From Vicugna vicugna (lineage: Eukaryota), in contig MU059176.1 of the NCBI GenBank assembly GCA_013265495.1, positions 3,655,720 to 3,719,719 of the forward strand: DNA of 64,000 bases, in the 5' to 3' direction. Shown here piece by piece: positions 38,770 to 52,450 of this stretch; position 1 is the first letter of the stretch, and each line of letters begins with the position of its first letter. The position numbers were made by a program, and so were the translations under genes. Under the pieces are notes generated by a model that saw nothing but the letters and a program-made list of their open reading frames with translations, did no database searches and had not been told where the DNA came from.

Positions 38770-39300
38770 TGGGGCTGACAGTACTTTCCAAGATGCCGCA
38801 ACAAGAGCCCACCGCACATGCTTTTCTTACAGGAGCATCTTAAGTCTCTTCCCATCAACAAGTGGGGCATGTGTTCCTTCCCCTTGACTCTGGATGAGTC
38901 TGTGACTAGGGCAGAATTGATGCTAAGTGATTTCTAAGACAAGGTCACAACAGGCACCACAGCTGCTGCCTGGTCCTCTTAAGATGCTCACACCAGGGCT
39001 GGGAGGAAGTCAAGAAGCCACACAAGAGGCCGCGTGTAGATGCTCCAGCCAACAGCCCCAGTGGAGGTTCCAGACACGATCCAGCATCGGCTGCTGGCCG
39101 CTCGAGGGAACAAGCCTTCAGATGATTCCACCCCAGGATGTCAAATCGCCCCCAGCCTCTGCACCTCCCTCACATGGACAGGGAACTAGCCGTCTCTGGG
39201 ACCTGCTTAAATTGCAGATCTGTGAGCAAAACAGACAACTGTTGTGATTTCAAGCCTCTATGTTTGGGGAAGTTTGTTTATAGCAATGGATACCTGGAAG
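38770..39300 (+). mobile_element. MaLR solo LTR (MLT1 family)
   Basis: aagtggggcatgtgttccttccccttgactctgg...gccaacagccccag...cttaaattgcagatctgtgagcaaaa...ttcaagcctctatgtttgggg...ttatagcaatggata. Confidence 0.75.
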
Positions 39301-39499
39301 AGAAAAGTTCGTGGGAAAGCTCATGAGCTCAGTTTGGGATATCTGAGCGGGGATGCCCATCTGAAAAGTGAATGCATGTCTCTGGAGGTCAGGGAGGGTG
39401 GGGCTGGAGAGGCAGGTGTGGAAACCGCCATGTGGGAACCATGGGGGAAACGCGCCAGCAGGAAGAGGAGAAGAGAGCCTTTGAAACACTGACTTTTAA

Positions 39500-40400
39500 G
39501 GACATGGAGTTCATTCATTCACAAAATATCTCGGAGTACCCATGGTATTTCAGCTGCGGCTCCAGGCACTGAAGGCACTACAGGGAAGGAGACAGGAAGG
39601 TCTGCTCTTGTAGAGCTTAGACTCTGGAGGGGAGGAGAAGACAAGAAACAGAGAAATAACTGGTAAGGTAACGGCAGATGCTGGCAAGGGCCACAAAGGC
39701 AGGAGGACAGAACAAAGAGGTGGCGGGCAGCTGGGAAGCTGTTTAAGGTGGAGCGCTCGGGATGTCCTCTCTAGGTGGTTCGATGATACAATGAGGCAGG
39801 CAGCCGACAGGCTGGGGTAAGAATGCCCTCCACAGGGGAGAAGAGCCTCAGATGTAGAGCCCCTGAGCAGGGGTGAGCTTGATGCGTCCAGGAAAGCAAG
39901 AGGCCAGATGGACGGCGGCACATGTCGAGCAAGACGGGGTTGGGGGTGGGGGGAGCAATGATCGCTGAGATCAGGGTGGGTGAAACCTCGGGGACCGCAC
40001 AAGGACCCAGGTTTTCTCCAAGGGCAATGGGAAGGCTGGGGAGAGTTCAAGCAGCAGAGTGATCTTATTAATATAAATTGGTTTTTTTTAAATCACTCTG
40101 GCTGCTATGTAGAAGGTGGATTACACAGGGGCAAGAGATGAGGAGGTGCAATTCCAGACAGGAGGCAGCTCCAAGCATCCAAGAAGAGGTGACTGTGGCT
40201 TGAATGCGGTGGTAGCCCTGGATGTGCGGGGGGCGGGGGAGGAGACAGAGTAGAGTGACAACCTAGAAACAGAGCTGACAAGGTCTCGCTGAGAGATTGG
40301 CTTGGTGAGACGGTGGGGGCAAGGGAGTGAAGAGAAAATGAAATCAAGGCTAATTCCTCAGACTTGAGGAAGTAGATAAAGGGTGGTGCCCTTTCCCGGG
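39500..40400 (-). mobile_element. LINE-2 remnant (antisense)
   Basis: ttcattcattcacaaaatat...ccaggcactg...gctcttgtagagctt...tttttaaatcactctggctgct. Confidence 0.65.
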
Positions 40401-41119
40401 ATAGAGAACACCAGGCATCAGGAGGTCTGTTTGGCCAGTTGTGTCTGAGATGCCTGCTGGATGAAGTCCACATGGAAAAGTCAGGGAGGCAACTGCAGAC
40501 ACCACTTGAATCTTGGCACGGAGGTCAGAATAGAGCTGCTGTTTCGTTACAGGTGGTATTTTGGGACATGGAGCCAGATGCTCACCTGGGAGAGGGCAGA
40601 CAGGGAGAAGAGGACCGGCACAGAGCCTGGCGGGGAAGAATCCTGAGGATGCCAGATGCGCAGGGGCCACTCCCTCCTTCTCTCTCTGTTTGTCGCTACG
40701 AACCTCAGAAGCGGCTGGTCCACGTGTGGAGGCACGGGAGTCCACAACAGCTGGTGAACAGTATATTCCTTCCTCTGCTCACCCAGCCTGGAATTCCTCC
40801 TCCTGCACCCAGCATCACAGAGGGACCCCTCTTGGTAATTTATGTCTCCATCTTGAAATCTGTTTTCAGATTCTTCATGTGTGTTTCCGGTTGTTTTTCA
40901 AGAAGCCCCATCTTTGCAATCAATAACTCTAACATAAAAATATCCAAAAATATTGATTTGAAGCTATTTTAATTTACCTGAAGGAAAAGTTTTCATCTCA
41001 CAAGCCTAACGTAACTTCTGAGATTCAACATGAAAGCAGCAGCCCAAACTGCATAACCTGCTAGTGGGAGTACAAGCAGATAGAATCGTTCCGGAGGGCA
41101 ATTTGGCAAAATTTTCTAC

Positions 41120-42480
41120 ATCCATTTAGGATATAGAAAGTCACAACAGACCGTCACTCTGACCCTAACGAGATCAAGTAGGATAAGCTAAAAAGAGAGA
41201 GCTTTTGAAACCTATCAGAAAACTGAGGGTGCAAAGACACTAAATCCCAGAAAGGACCAGCCACTCCTCAGAGAGAAAAGACCTATGACTCTTTCCATCC
41301 TTGCAGAGCCTTGGGAAGTAAAGTAACTTCATTCTAGACAGGGGTACAGAGAAGACAACCAACCACATAGTAGCCACGTGGACCAGCCCTGTGGATTTGC
41401 ATCCCGAGAGCCTCAGTCACAGAGCAAGTCAGCACCCATCCCCTGGGGTCTTCGCACGTGGCACAGGTGGCACCGCAAAGCTGGGAGCGAGGCAGGAGAG
41501 CCGCGCGCCGCGCCGCAGGGCACGCGGGGCCTTCCGTAGGTGGGCGGCAGCTGCTCGCAAGGGCTGAGTATGGAACAAAGGCAAGTCCCTCTGAAGCACG
41601 CGGGGCCTTCACCACGTGCACCCCAGTGGCCCACCGGTGCTGCAGGCAGGGCGGCAGGGCTGAGGGAGACCTCTTGAGGTGCACAAAGCTAGGGGCTGAG
41701 CCGAAGGACAAAGAGAGAGCCCCAGAAATTCCCCCAAAGTGGCAGGTGGGCTGGAAAGCAGAGCGCTCCCTGCCATATGCAAGCCAGCGGCTGGACTGTG
41801 AGGCAGAGATCTCTGGCGTCTCCCCAGTGCTCAGATCTCCAGACCTGCTGCAGGGAAGTACTTGAAGCCGGGGTAACTTGAACCCACCTAAAACCACAGC
41901 CAAGTCCAAACGCAGCCCAACTGAGAGACTGAACTGCGCCGCCCATCTCACTGGGAGCCCAAGCAGAAGGGGCATTCCTTTTTCTGGCGATAAACATGAT
42001 TTACTCTGTCTCTACCGTCCTTTACCCAAATGTCTGGAGTTAAATCTTTTTCAATTGCAAGATGAGTGAAATAAGAAAAGGTGACCTGATCAAGAGCCAA
42101 AACAATCATCAGAAGACCCAGTGAGAACAGGTGTAGAAACGATCAGGTATTTAAACAAAGAATAATAACTGCGTTAAAGAGATTAAGGAAAAACCGACAA
42201 CATGCTAAACATGTGGAGGATTTCAGCAAAGAGGTGAAAACTATTTTTTTAAAGCAAGAGAAAAAGCTAGAAACTAAGACCGCAGTATCAAAGTGATGAA
42301 CTCATTTAATTCGCTTAACAGCAGACCACGTCCACGGCAGAAGAAAGGACTAGTGAATATAGTCAGGTCAGTAGAAAGTATTCAAACAGAGATACAAACA
42401 CGAAGCAAAAAAAAAAAAAAGTCTTAAAAGGAAACAAGGTGTCTAATATCTGTGGCTCACAGATTAACTCCATGAATTGT
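41120..42480 (+). mobile_element. Old L1M 5' region/ORF1 start (source of the GC-rich ORFs at 41334-41997)
   Basis: ttttgaaacctatcagaaaactgagggtgcaaagac 5' motif followed by A-rich ORF1-like sequence (gaaataagaaaaggtgacctgatcaagagcc). Confidence 0.55.
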
Positions 42481-43734
42481 AACCATAAATTTACAAGTGC
42501 ATAGCTACACACATGTGCACACTCATGGCACACCCGAGAGAGGCCAGCCAAGCATGGGATGATGATCAACTTTGGAGAGGAAAGGGGGTGCTAGGAGACG
42601 TTACATACATGTATATAATTTTTATTTAAATGTATTTATAAAAATATACATATAATTTTTATTTAGAAAAGAAAAAACAATTCAGTCCATTAAAAACACC
42701 ATCAAATGACAAAGGAAAAAAGATACTGATGGCACATGAAGCCCATAAAGGATGCGTACCTTTAAAATAGAGGGCGCATACAAATAACTAAAAAGACCAA
42801 CCCACAGTGTGTACGTGGGCAAAGGGCATGAAAGGGCAGCTCACAAGAGAACAAGACAGAAGCCTGATAAACTTGAGACTCAATGTTAAACTCACCATTC
42901 AAGAAATGCAACTTAAAATCACAACAGAATATTGTTTTGAGTATCAAATGGACAAGATGTACAAGGACACTCAGAAGCAAGTACGTTTAAACGTCATGCA
43001 CGGCAACACGCAGGCAGCTTGGTGGCGCCCGCGAGACTGACGAGTGTGAAAGGGCTCCGACTCAGTAACCCCACCTCACCCCTTCTCTGCACTGTCAGAA
43101 GGTTAGTCAAACTAAGACACATCCAAAGTATATCGCAGGCGTGGACAGAGACACATGTATCATTGATGATAAATCTTTGTGCTGAAAATTGCCAGTTATC
43201 CCCCGATATCCATTCTCCCTTCTTTCCTTACGAGCAGACACCCTGAGACTTGGGCAGACACATCACGTGGCCATCTGAAATACGGTCTGAGTTTCATGGC
43301 CGTGTGAAAGATGCCTGTGGCCATGTGATTGAAGTCTCGCTGACTGTAGGTGAGCCCAGGTGGCGACTTCTGGCGGGAATGCCTTTCCTCCGCTTTTAAG
43401 GCAAAACCCAGTCATGCCGTTCGTGACGTCCCTCTGAGTCCTGGCGCTGTGCACTCAGTGCCCCGCGCGTGCTTCTGCTGGGCACTGGCCTCACCCTCCT
43501 GGGGTTCTTCCTCTCCCTCTCGAGACTGTGAGCTCTTCCAGGGCAGACCCTCCATCGGACCCATCTCTTTGTCTTCAGTACCTGTGACATTCTTGTCACA
43601 TATTAGGGCTCAGAAGATGTTTGTGAAAGAAGAGAGGGAGGAAGGAATGAACAAATAAAAAGACATACACTTTGGGGAAATTATAATGTCAAATTTTATT
43701 GCTTTAAAACCGAGTGATCCAAGTAAGTTAAATT

Positions 43735-44360
43735 TTTATGTTCACATGAAAATCTGCATGCAAATGTTTACAGCAGCTTTATTCATAACTGCCACGGCAT
43801 GAGAGCAACCAAGATGTCCTTCAGTAGTGAATAAACTGTTACACATCCATACAAGAGAATATTATTCAGAGATAAAAAGAAATGAACTATCACATCATGA
43901 AAAGACACAAAGAAGCCTTAAGTGCATATTGCTAAGTGAAAGAAGCCAAGCTGAAAAGGCTACAGACTGTAGGATTCCAACTAAATGACATCCTGAGAAA
44001 GGCAAAACTACCGAGACAGTAGGAAGACCACGTTGTCCGCGTGTGGGGGGAGGGAGGGGTGAGTGGGCGGAGTATGGAGGATTTTTCAGGGCTGTGAAAC
44101 TACTCTGTGTGATACGGTAACAGTGGACACACACCATCATACATTTACCAAAACCCAGAGAACATACAACACAGAAAGTGTGAACTTTAATAACATATCA
44201 ATAATGGCTCATCAGTTGTAACAAGTGTAACACACTAACGCAAACGTAAGTGATGGGGAGACGGGCTGGGGAGTGAAGAGGTTACAGGAACTCTCTTCAC
44301 TTTAGCTCAGTTTTTCTGATAACCTAAAACTACTCAAAAAAATAAAGACTATTAACTAAG
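43735..44360 (+). mobile_element. L1MB/MC 3' end
   Basis: cagcagctttattcataactgcc...gcaaccaagatgtccttcagtag...gctaagtgaaagaagccaagctgaaaaggctaca...gtgaaactactctgtgtgata. Confidence 0.8.
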
Positions 44361-44657
44361 CAAAAACTGAGAGGAGCAGTATCCTAGATAACATAGTAGT
44401 TAATTCCATGGATCCTGGAATCACACTTTCTGGGTTTAAATCCCAACCTGCCACCTAAAAACTATGTAACTTTTGGACAAGTGGCTTTAGAAACCTGTGT
44501 CTCAGATTCCCTATAAATAAAACAGGGACAATAACAGAATCTACGTCACAGCTTTATCGTGAGGCCTAGTGACGTGTGGGGCCTTTGCAGAGTCTCGTAC
44601 ACACTGAACATACACAGTGATATCTTCTGTTGGCGTGATTTGCTCAGGAGTACTCAC

Positions 44658-44787
44658 TTGAAGAAGGTCTGAACATATTTTGGAAGCCATTCCTCGAATA
44701 CACTCTACATGGTGAAGAGTGAGGTCTTAAATGTGTGAACTTTCGGGTGTGAGGATACAAAGTATGCCAATCTGGTACGATCGCCAT
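44658..44787 (-). CDS. EFCAB6: EFCAB6 first coding exon (exon spans 44658-44803; ATG at 44787-44785): MAIVPDWHTLYPHTRKFTHLRPHSSPCRVYSRNGFQNMFRPSS
   Basis: Translation matches the recalled human EFCAB6 N-terminus (MAIIPDWLRSHPHTRKFTHSRPHSSPCRVYSRNG). Acceptor cttacaccacag|G at 44803; donor A|gtgagt at 44658; phase 1 fits the next exon. Confidence 0.93.
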
Positions 44788-45169
44788 TGAGCACACCAAA
44801 TCCCTGTGGTGTAAGACAAAACAGATTATGTTACCTTCAAGCACACATGACAGACGTGACCAACTTCCAATCGATTCCCTTTCTGAAAGGACAGCCAGGG
44901 ACTATAAAAATGCTACTAGTCATGAACCTCATGCCAATGTTTCAAAGACTATTCCTAAAGTGAACACAAAATTGTGATTTTAGATTCTTTGTTTTTATAG
45001 CAGATCCAACAATCTTCAAAAATGGGAGAACAAAGGGGTATTTGGAAAGGAAAATCCACCTGCACCTCAACTACCATTGACCCATTTCTTAGACGGGGGC
45101 CGTGGGGGAGAGTTGGGTTCCCTGAGCTCTCCCGAAGCGTCTCACTGCACATCCAACGCACAGTCAGAG

Positions 45170-48100
45170 GCAGAGCTGGCGACAACAGCATCAGAAACGG
45201 GGGAGTCAGGACCTCAAAAATCCTCTCCACGAAAGTAATGAGAACACTGGCAAAAACTGTAAAAACCAGCTGTTTCCGGACTCTGGAAATTAACCAAAGG
45301 TTTGAGGCAATCTGGGGAGCACTTATTCAGGAAAGACACCAGAATTTCGGTATGAACACCAAGCTCTGTGGGATTTTAACTTCCCCTGTTCACATCTCCC
45401 CTCATCCCCGAACCTGCAGCAGCCTGGAAACTAACAGCCTGCCATCACAGTGAAACCCCGGCAGCCTGCCAGCCACTGGAAGGCGGAGAACAGGTTGGAG
45501 CTCCTTCACAGCCCCATCATCAGAAAATTTTCATCATGTGACTTACCTGATGGCTTCCTGAAAGACCCCACTCACAAGGCTGTCTGTATTTGAACTGATT
45601 CAGAGTTTGCCCGGTAAGAACAAGCTATTATCAAAAGGCATTTGTTGAAAAAACTTCAGGGGCAACTGTTGTTCAAAATCTTAGCTGCCTGAGAGGGTGG
45701 GTAACAGGTGGAGCAAATAATAGACTAACCAAAAAGCTTAAATGGAAAAGCTGAAGAATGAGACGTCCACAGGGGCTTTGAGAAGCTCCCGCGTGTTCTG
45801 GAGGATTTAGAAGGGATGTGAGCATGTCCAAGGCTCTGTGCTGGATTAGGAAGACCTGGGAAGGCCCTAAGCTGTCACTCTGGCTGACCTGGAGGCTCTG
45901 CACAAGCAGGAAGTGGAGGCCAAGGTAGAGCTGTCACCTGCCTTGTAGAGTGTTGGAGGAAGGCTCCAACACACATACGGAGTCCCTCAGCAAAGACCAG
46001 AAGACTGTTGTGTCCAGGCATTTAAGGAAAGCTCTGTCCCATCATAAGCTGATCAATAAGCCAACCAGTCGGGGACTTCAGCAGCCATACATTACAAGTA
46101 GTGCAGACTTTACAAAGTTAGTTTAGAAAAGTCACTAAACAAAGAAACCATGGAAAGGAGAGAGAATATGATTTTGAGAACTGCCATATTCTTAAGATGG
46201 CTAGTTTTCAACACAAATTTTATGACATGCAATAAAAAAAAAGGTATGGTGCATACATACTTATCTTCAGAAACCGCACAACAAAGAAAAGAGTAGACTG
46301 AAATATTCAAAGTATTAAAAGGGAAAAAGCCCCACCAACCTAGAATTCTGTATCCAGCAAAATATCTTTCAAATTTAAGGACAAGTAAAGACTTTATCAT
46401 ACAAACAAAAATTGAGGAAATAACACCAGCAGAACTGCTTGTAAGAAATGCTAAAATTCTTCAGAAAGAAGAAAAAAATCATGTGGGTCAGAAACTCAAA
46501 TCTACATAAAGAAAGGAAGAGCATTATAAAAAGAATGAAGGTAAAATAAACATATATGCACCTAATAACAGAGCCCAAATGCACATGAAGTAAAAACTGA
46601 TAAAGTTGAAAGGAGAAATAGACACTTCAACAATAACAACTGGAGATTTCAATACTCACTTTCAATATGGGCAGAACAATTAGCCAGAAGATCAACAAGG
46701 GAACAGCTGAACCACAGTTTAAACCAACTAGACCTAACAGACATCTATGCAACACTCCATCCAACAACAGTAGGACACACATTCTTCTCAAGTGTACAGG
46801 GAACATTCTCCAGGATAGATCATATGTTAGGCCACAACACAAGTCTCATTAAATTTAAAAGGACTGAAAACGTCAAAATGTTCTTCAGTCACACTGGAAT
46901 GAAATTAGAAATAAGTTTCAAAAAGAAATTAGGTACTTCACAAATGCGTGGAAATGAAACAACACACTCTTAAATCATCAAAGGGTCAAAGAAAAGAAAA
47001 TCATAAGAGAAATAAACAAATACTTTTGGATGAATGAAAATGAAGGCACAACATACCAGAACTTATGGGATGCAGCTAGAAAAGTACTTAGAGTAAAAAT
47101 TATAGCTGTAAATGCCCCTCATGTTAAAAAAGAAAATTTCAAATTAATAATTTAACCTTCTTCCTTAAGGAACTAGAAAAATAAGAGTAAACTCTACCCA
47201 AAGTGAGGAGAATGAAGGAAATAATAAAGATTAGAGCATAAATAAATAAAATTGATAACAGAAAAACCATAGAGAAATCCAACAAAATTAAAAGTTGGCG
47301 CTTTAAAAGATCAGCAAACTGACAAATTTTTAGCTAGACTGACCAAGGAAAAAGGAGAAACACTCAAGTTACTAAAATCAAGAATGAAAGAGGACATTAC
47401 TACTGACCTTACAAAGCAAAACAAAAGGGTTATAAGGCAATACTATGAATAATTACCTGTATGTCAACAAATTAAATAACCTATATGAAATGGGAAAAAA
47501 TCTTTGAAAGATGCAAGCTACTGAAACTGACTGAAAAGGAAACAGACCTATAACAAGAGATTGAAGTAGCAGTCAAAAAACTTCTTGCAAAGAAAACCCA
47601 GGACCAGACAGGTTCACTGGTGAATTCTACCAAGTATTTGAGAAGAATAATTAAAACCAATTCTTCACAAACTCTCCCCTAAAACAGAAAAGAACACTTC
47701 TTGACACATTCTATGAGGTTAGTATTACCTTGATACCAAAACCAGAAAAAGACATCAAAAGAGAAAGCTAAAGACTAATATTCCTTATGAACATAGGAAA
47801 ATTCCTCAACAAAACACAAACATATGGAACCCAGCAACACATAAAAAGAATTAGACATCATGATCAAGTGGGATTTATTCCAGGAATACAAGGATGGCTG
47901 AATACATAAAAATCAGTGTATATTATGGAAAAGTTGCTGACAGCAAGTTAATTAAATGAAGTTACTGTAATAACACAAAAGAGCATAATTTTTAAATTGT
48001 TTAAAATAAAACAGAAAAAAAATCAATGTAATATTCCACATTAATAGAATCAAGAAAAAACACACAAGCATCTCAACTGATGCCGAAAAAGCATTTCACA

Positions 48101-50300
48101 AAATCCTACACCCTTTCATGATAAAAAAAACACTCAACAAACTAGAAACAGAAGGGAACTTCCTTGACCTAACAAAGGGCATCAATGAAAACCAATAGCT
48201 AACATCATACTTAACGATAAAAGAATAAAAAGAGTAAAAGTTTTCCCCTAAGATCAAGAACAAGACAAAGATGTCTATTCAACATTGTACTGAAGGTTCT
48301 AGCCATGGCAATTAGGCAAGAAAAAGAAATAAAAGGTTTCCAGATTGGAGACTAGTAAGCAAAGCCATCTCTATTTGTTGATGACAGGATTTTGTACATA
48401 GAAAATCCTAGGGAATACTCACACACACACCACTACTAGAAATAATTTTTTTTAAAGTTCAGTAAGGTGTAGGATACAATATCAATATAGAAAGTCATTT
48501 CAAAATTTAAAATATATATATAAAAATCAACTGTAGTTCAAGACAATTGCAATGAACACTCTGAAAATAAAATGTTTAAAAATCCATTTAAAATAGTATC
48601 AAAAAGAAAATATTTCAGAATAAACTTAACAAAAAGAAGTGCACAATTCATACACTGAAACTACAAAACATCACTGAAAGAAAGTAAGGAAGATCTGAGT
48701 AAATGGAAAGACATCCCATGTTTATGGATGAGGTTACATTACTCCTGAAATTGACTGACCAATACAACTTAATGCACATCAAAATCTTGGCTGCCTTTTT
48801 TGCCAAAATTAACAAGTGTATCCTAAAATTCATACAGAAATTCAAGAGATTCAGTACAGCCGAAATAATCTTTAAAAAATTAGAACAAAGTTAAAAGACT
48901 TGCAGTTCCTGATTTCAAAACTTGCTACAAAGCAACAGTAATTAGGACAGTGTGGGCTGGCGTAAGCACAGACATACAGACCAATGGAACAGAACTGAGA
49001 ATCTGGAAATGTACCCTTACTTGTAGCATTAACTGATTTTTGACAATAGTTGCAAGATCATTCAATGTAGAAGGAAAAGTCTTTTTAACAAACGGAGCTA
49101 GGACAAATGGACATCCACATGCAAAAGAATGAAACTGGACCCCATCTCACAGCACATACAAAAATTAATTCAAAGTTAATCAAAGGCCTAAATTGAAGAA
49201 CTGAAACCATAAAATTCTGAGGAGAAAACACAGCTATAAATCTTTGTGACTTTGGGTTGTGCGATGACGTCTTAGATACGACAGCAAAAACACAAGCAAC
49301 CAAAGAGGGAAGCTGCTACCTGGACTCCATCAAAATGAAAGACGTTTGTGCTTCAAAAGACACTTCCCCAAAAGTATAAAGACAACCTACAGAATGGANN
49401 NNNNNNNNNNNNNNNNNNNNNNNNNNNNNNNNNNNNNNNNNNNNNNNNNNNNNNNNNNNNNNNNNNNNNNNNNNNNNNNNNNNNNNNNNNNNNNNNNNNN
49501 NNNNNNNNNNNNNNNNNNNNNNNNNNNNNNNCAAATGGCTGGCAAGTACACGAAAAAATGCTCAACTTCACAAATCATGAGGAAAGCACGAATCAGAACC
49601 ACAAGAAGACATCACCTCACACCCACTAGGATGGCTCTGATCAAAGAAATAAACAGTAACAAGTATTGGCGAGAATGCAGAGATACTGGGACCCCCATAC
49701 TTTGCTGGTAGGGATAAAAATGGCTCGGCTGCTTCGGAAGATAGGCTGGCAGCATCTCAAAGAGTGAAACACAGAGTCAGCACACGACCCAGCAATTTTA
49801 CTTCCAGGTATATAGTCAAGGGGACTGAACACCTATGTCCACACAAAAACTTGCACACAAACATTCACAGCAGCATATCCCCAACAGCCAAAAAGTGGAA
49901 TCAACCCAAAGGTCCCCCACCAGGTAAATGGGTAAGTGAAAAGCAGTCTGTCCACTCAGTGGACTGCAATTCAGCCATAAAAAGGGGTGAAACACTGAAT
50001 CATGCTACAACACAAATGAACCTTGAAAATATATTAAGGCAGACCCAAAAGACCATGTACTGTATGATTCAACTGATATAAAATGTGCAGAATAAGTAGA
50101 TCTGTGGAAACGGAGAGTAGGTTCGTGGCTACCAGTGGCTGGAAGCAGGGGAAATGGGGCTGCTAATGGATATGGGGTTTCTTTCCACGGTGACAAAAGT
50201 TGTGGGTGATGGTCACATAACTTTGTGAATACACTGAAAGACACTAAACTGTATACTTGAAAAGGATTTAATGTTATGATATGTGAATTATATCACAAGT
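45170..50300 (+). mobile_element. Old, largely full-length but decayed LINE-1 (L1M type): 5' region, ORF1 end, ORF2 and 3'UTR; antisense to EFCAB6
   Basis: ORF1 end (cctagaattctgtatccagcaaaa); ORF2 endonuclease/RT-region sequence (gatcaagtgggatttattccaggaatacaaggatgg, gatgccgaaaaagcatt); typical L1M 3' end to about 50300; many stops and indels. Confidence 0.9.
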
Positions 50301-51619
50301 AAAAAAAGGAGAGGACGGAGGGAAGGAGGAGGCGAGAGGCTGGAGCGTCACTTGGTGGGCAGAGGGGGAAGTTGCTCGCTGGGCACCTTTGACTAGAGGG
50401 AGGGGGCCTTTGCAATAACTTTTAAGATAATATGTTTACTTGATGGTCATTGAAAATGTGATTAGGAGACCTTAGAGGAAGCAAGGCCAAAGCCAGACAC
50501 CCAGGTGTATCCCAGAGATAGTCCCGGGGGTGCCCTGTTTATCACGGGCACTAGGGGGTCCCACTGAGGCACCCCACAACTGTGAGAGCGAACCAGGCCG
50601 TGCCCCTGACGCTCGCCAACCACCGTCACCACAGTACTCTATGCATTCGTGAATTTATAACTCGCAGACTCCGCCAGTCTGTGGCTTACAGGTGTTTCAG
50701 AAATCCGGGGAAATTTTTCACTCATTTCTTTCCGGTCACTCTCAGCATAAGAGCAAGAAAATAAAACTCTCTCTTCCCTCCAGGAAGTTAAGAAGTCTAA
50801 TTTCAGCTCTACAAGGCAGTGTTATAGCCATCACTTGTCTGGGGCTCCTAACTTGGCCATTCTTCTCAGGATTAAAAAAAAATTCTCCTACTGGGCTTCA
50901 CATTTAAATGCAAGTACATAATTAATGATATTCAGAAATAGAGGGATGTGCCTGGCACAACACGAGTCAGGAGGATCAGGCCTGGCAACACCTCTAAAGC
51001 ACTAGGTCTGAAGACTCTCAAGTTTGCAGGGTTGGAGACGTGAATCAGAACTTCTCAACGTGTAAGAAACCCACACGGGCAGCCCCTGACTGCTTGGCCC
51101 AACGTCTGTCTGGACCGTCTGAGTCCCTGCTTTTGGTTCGCAGGTCCCTGTGGGGCTGACACCGTGTGAGGCTGACAGCCCCCCACACACCCTTCCTCAA
51201 GTCAATACATCTGATGAACTGACACCTAGAATCACAGCACAGGTAAACTTCCAAAAGAACGTGGCTTGGTACGTGCTCATACTGTCGAAACAAATGTACT
51301 AAAAAGCTCCCTTCTAGAAGCCTGGGGGTCACTAAACAAGACTGGCAAAATCACGGACCCCATCATGGACCTTATTTCATATTCTAGTTACGGAGACACA
51401 GAATGAACAAAGTAAGAGAACTATACACGTGCGTAACTGCTGTGGAGATAAAGGGGGCAGAGGAGGGGAACAGGTGACGCTGAGCAAAGAGCTGAAGGAA
51501 ACCAGAAAGGGAACAAGCCATCAGGAGGACAAAGAGGCAGCAGGGGGCCTGATGGAGGACAAGCACGTGGGCTCCTGTGAGACTCAGCCACGTGAAGCCA
51601 CTGGAGGGTTACACACACA

Positions 51620-52450
51620 GAAGAGGGTTATGCACAGGGTTATGATCTGGCCTTTGCGCTTAAAGGATCCCTCTGGCTGGATGTCAAGAACACACCTACA
51701 AAGGTGAGGGAGGAAACAGGAAGACCAACCACAAGTCTACTGCAATCATCCAAGTAAGAGAAGCTGTGGCTCGGACCAGGGTGCTTCAGGGAAAAGTGTT
51801 GAGAAACGATCAGATTCCAGATACATTCTGAAGGAGGAGCCAATGTATTTCCCCACAGATTTGATCTGGCATGCGAGAGAAAGACTGGATCGAGTGGATA
51901 ACCAAGGTGGGAAAGACTGCAGCTAGACCAGGTTGAAAGGGAAAGATCAAGAACTCCGTTCTGGACATGGAAATTGGAGACGCTTATTAGATATCCCGGT
52001 GGAGATGCTGAATGGGCAGCTGGGTATGTGAGCCTGAGTGCAGGGGAGCGACTGGCGCTGAAGACAGAAGTTCGGGGGTTGTCAGCGTACGATGTGTGTA
52101 AAGGCATGATTCCTGCTCAGCCCACCAAGAACGCAGGTGTAGAGCCAGATGCCAGGGCTGGGCTTGGGGTGCTCAGCATTCAGAGCTCAGCGGGGTGAGG
52201 AGGAACCAGCAGAGGTGGCTGAGGAGGGCAACCACGGGGGGGCACAGGAGACGGAGCGTCCAGGAAACTGAGTGCAGAGCATTTCAAGGAGGAGTGGGTG
52301 ATGCTGTGTGTCAAAAGCTACAGTGATAATCGCGTCAGATAAGGACCAACAACTGCCCTTTGGATTAAGCCAGGCGGGAGCCACCGATGACCCTAACAGC
52401 AGCTGTACTGGTGGAACTGGGTGGTTGGGAGGAAGCCTGTCTAAGTGAGT
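51620..52450 (-). mobile_element. LINE-2 remnant (antisense)
   Basis: aaggatccctctggctgg...gcaatcatccaagtaagag...gattccagatacattctgaagg...ttctggacatgg..attggagacgcttattagatatcc. Confidence 0.7.

Noticed and set aside
41334-41997. Cluster of 100-213 aa ORFs
   Set aside because: GC-rich 5' region of an old L1-like element; overlapping ORFs on both strands.
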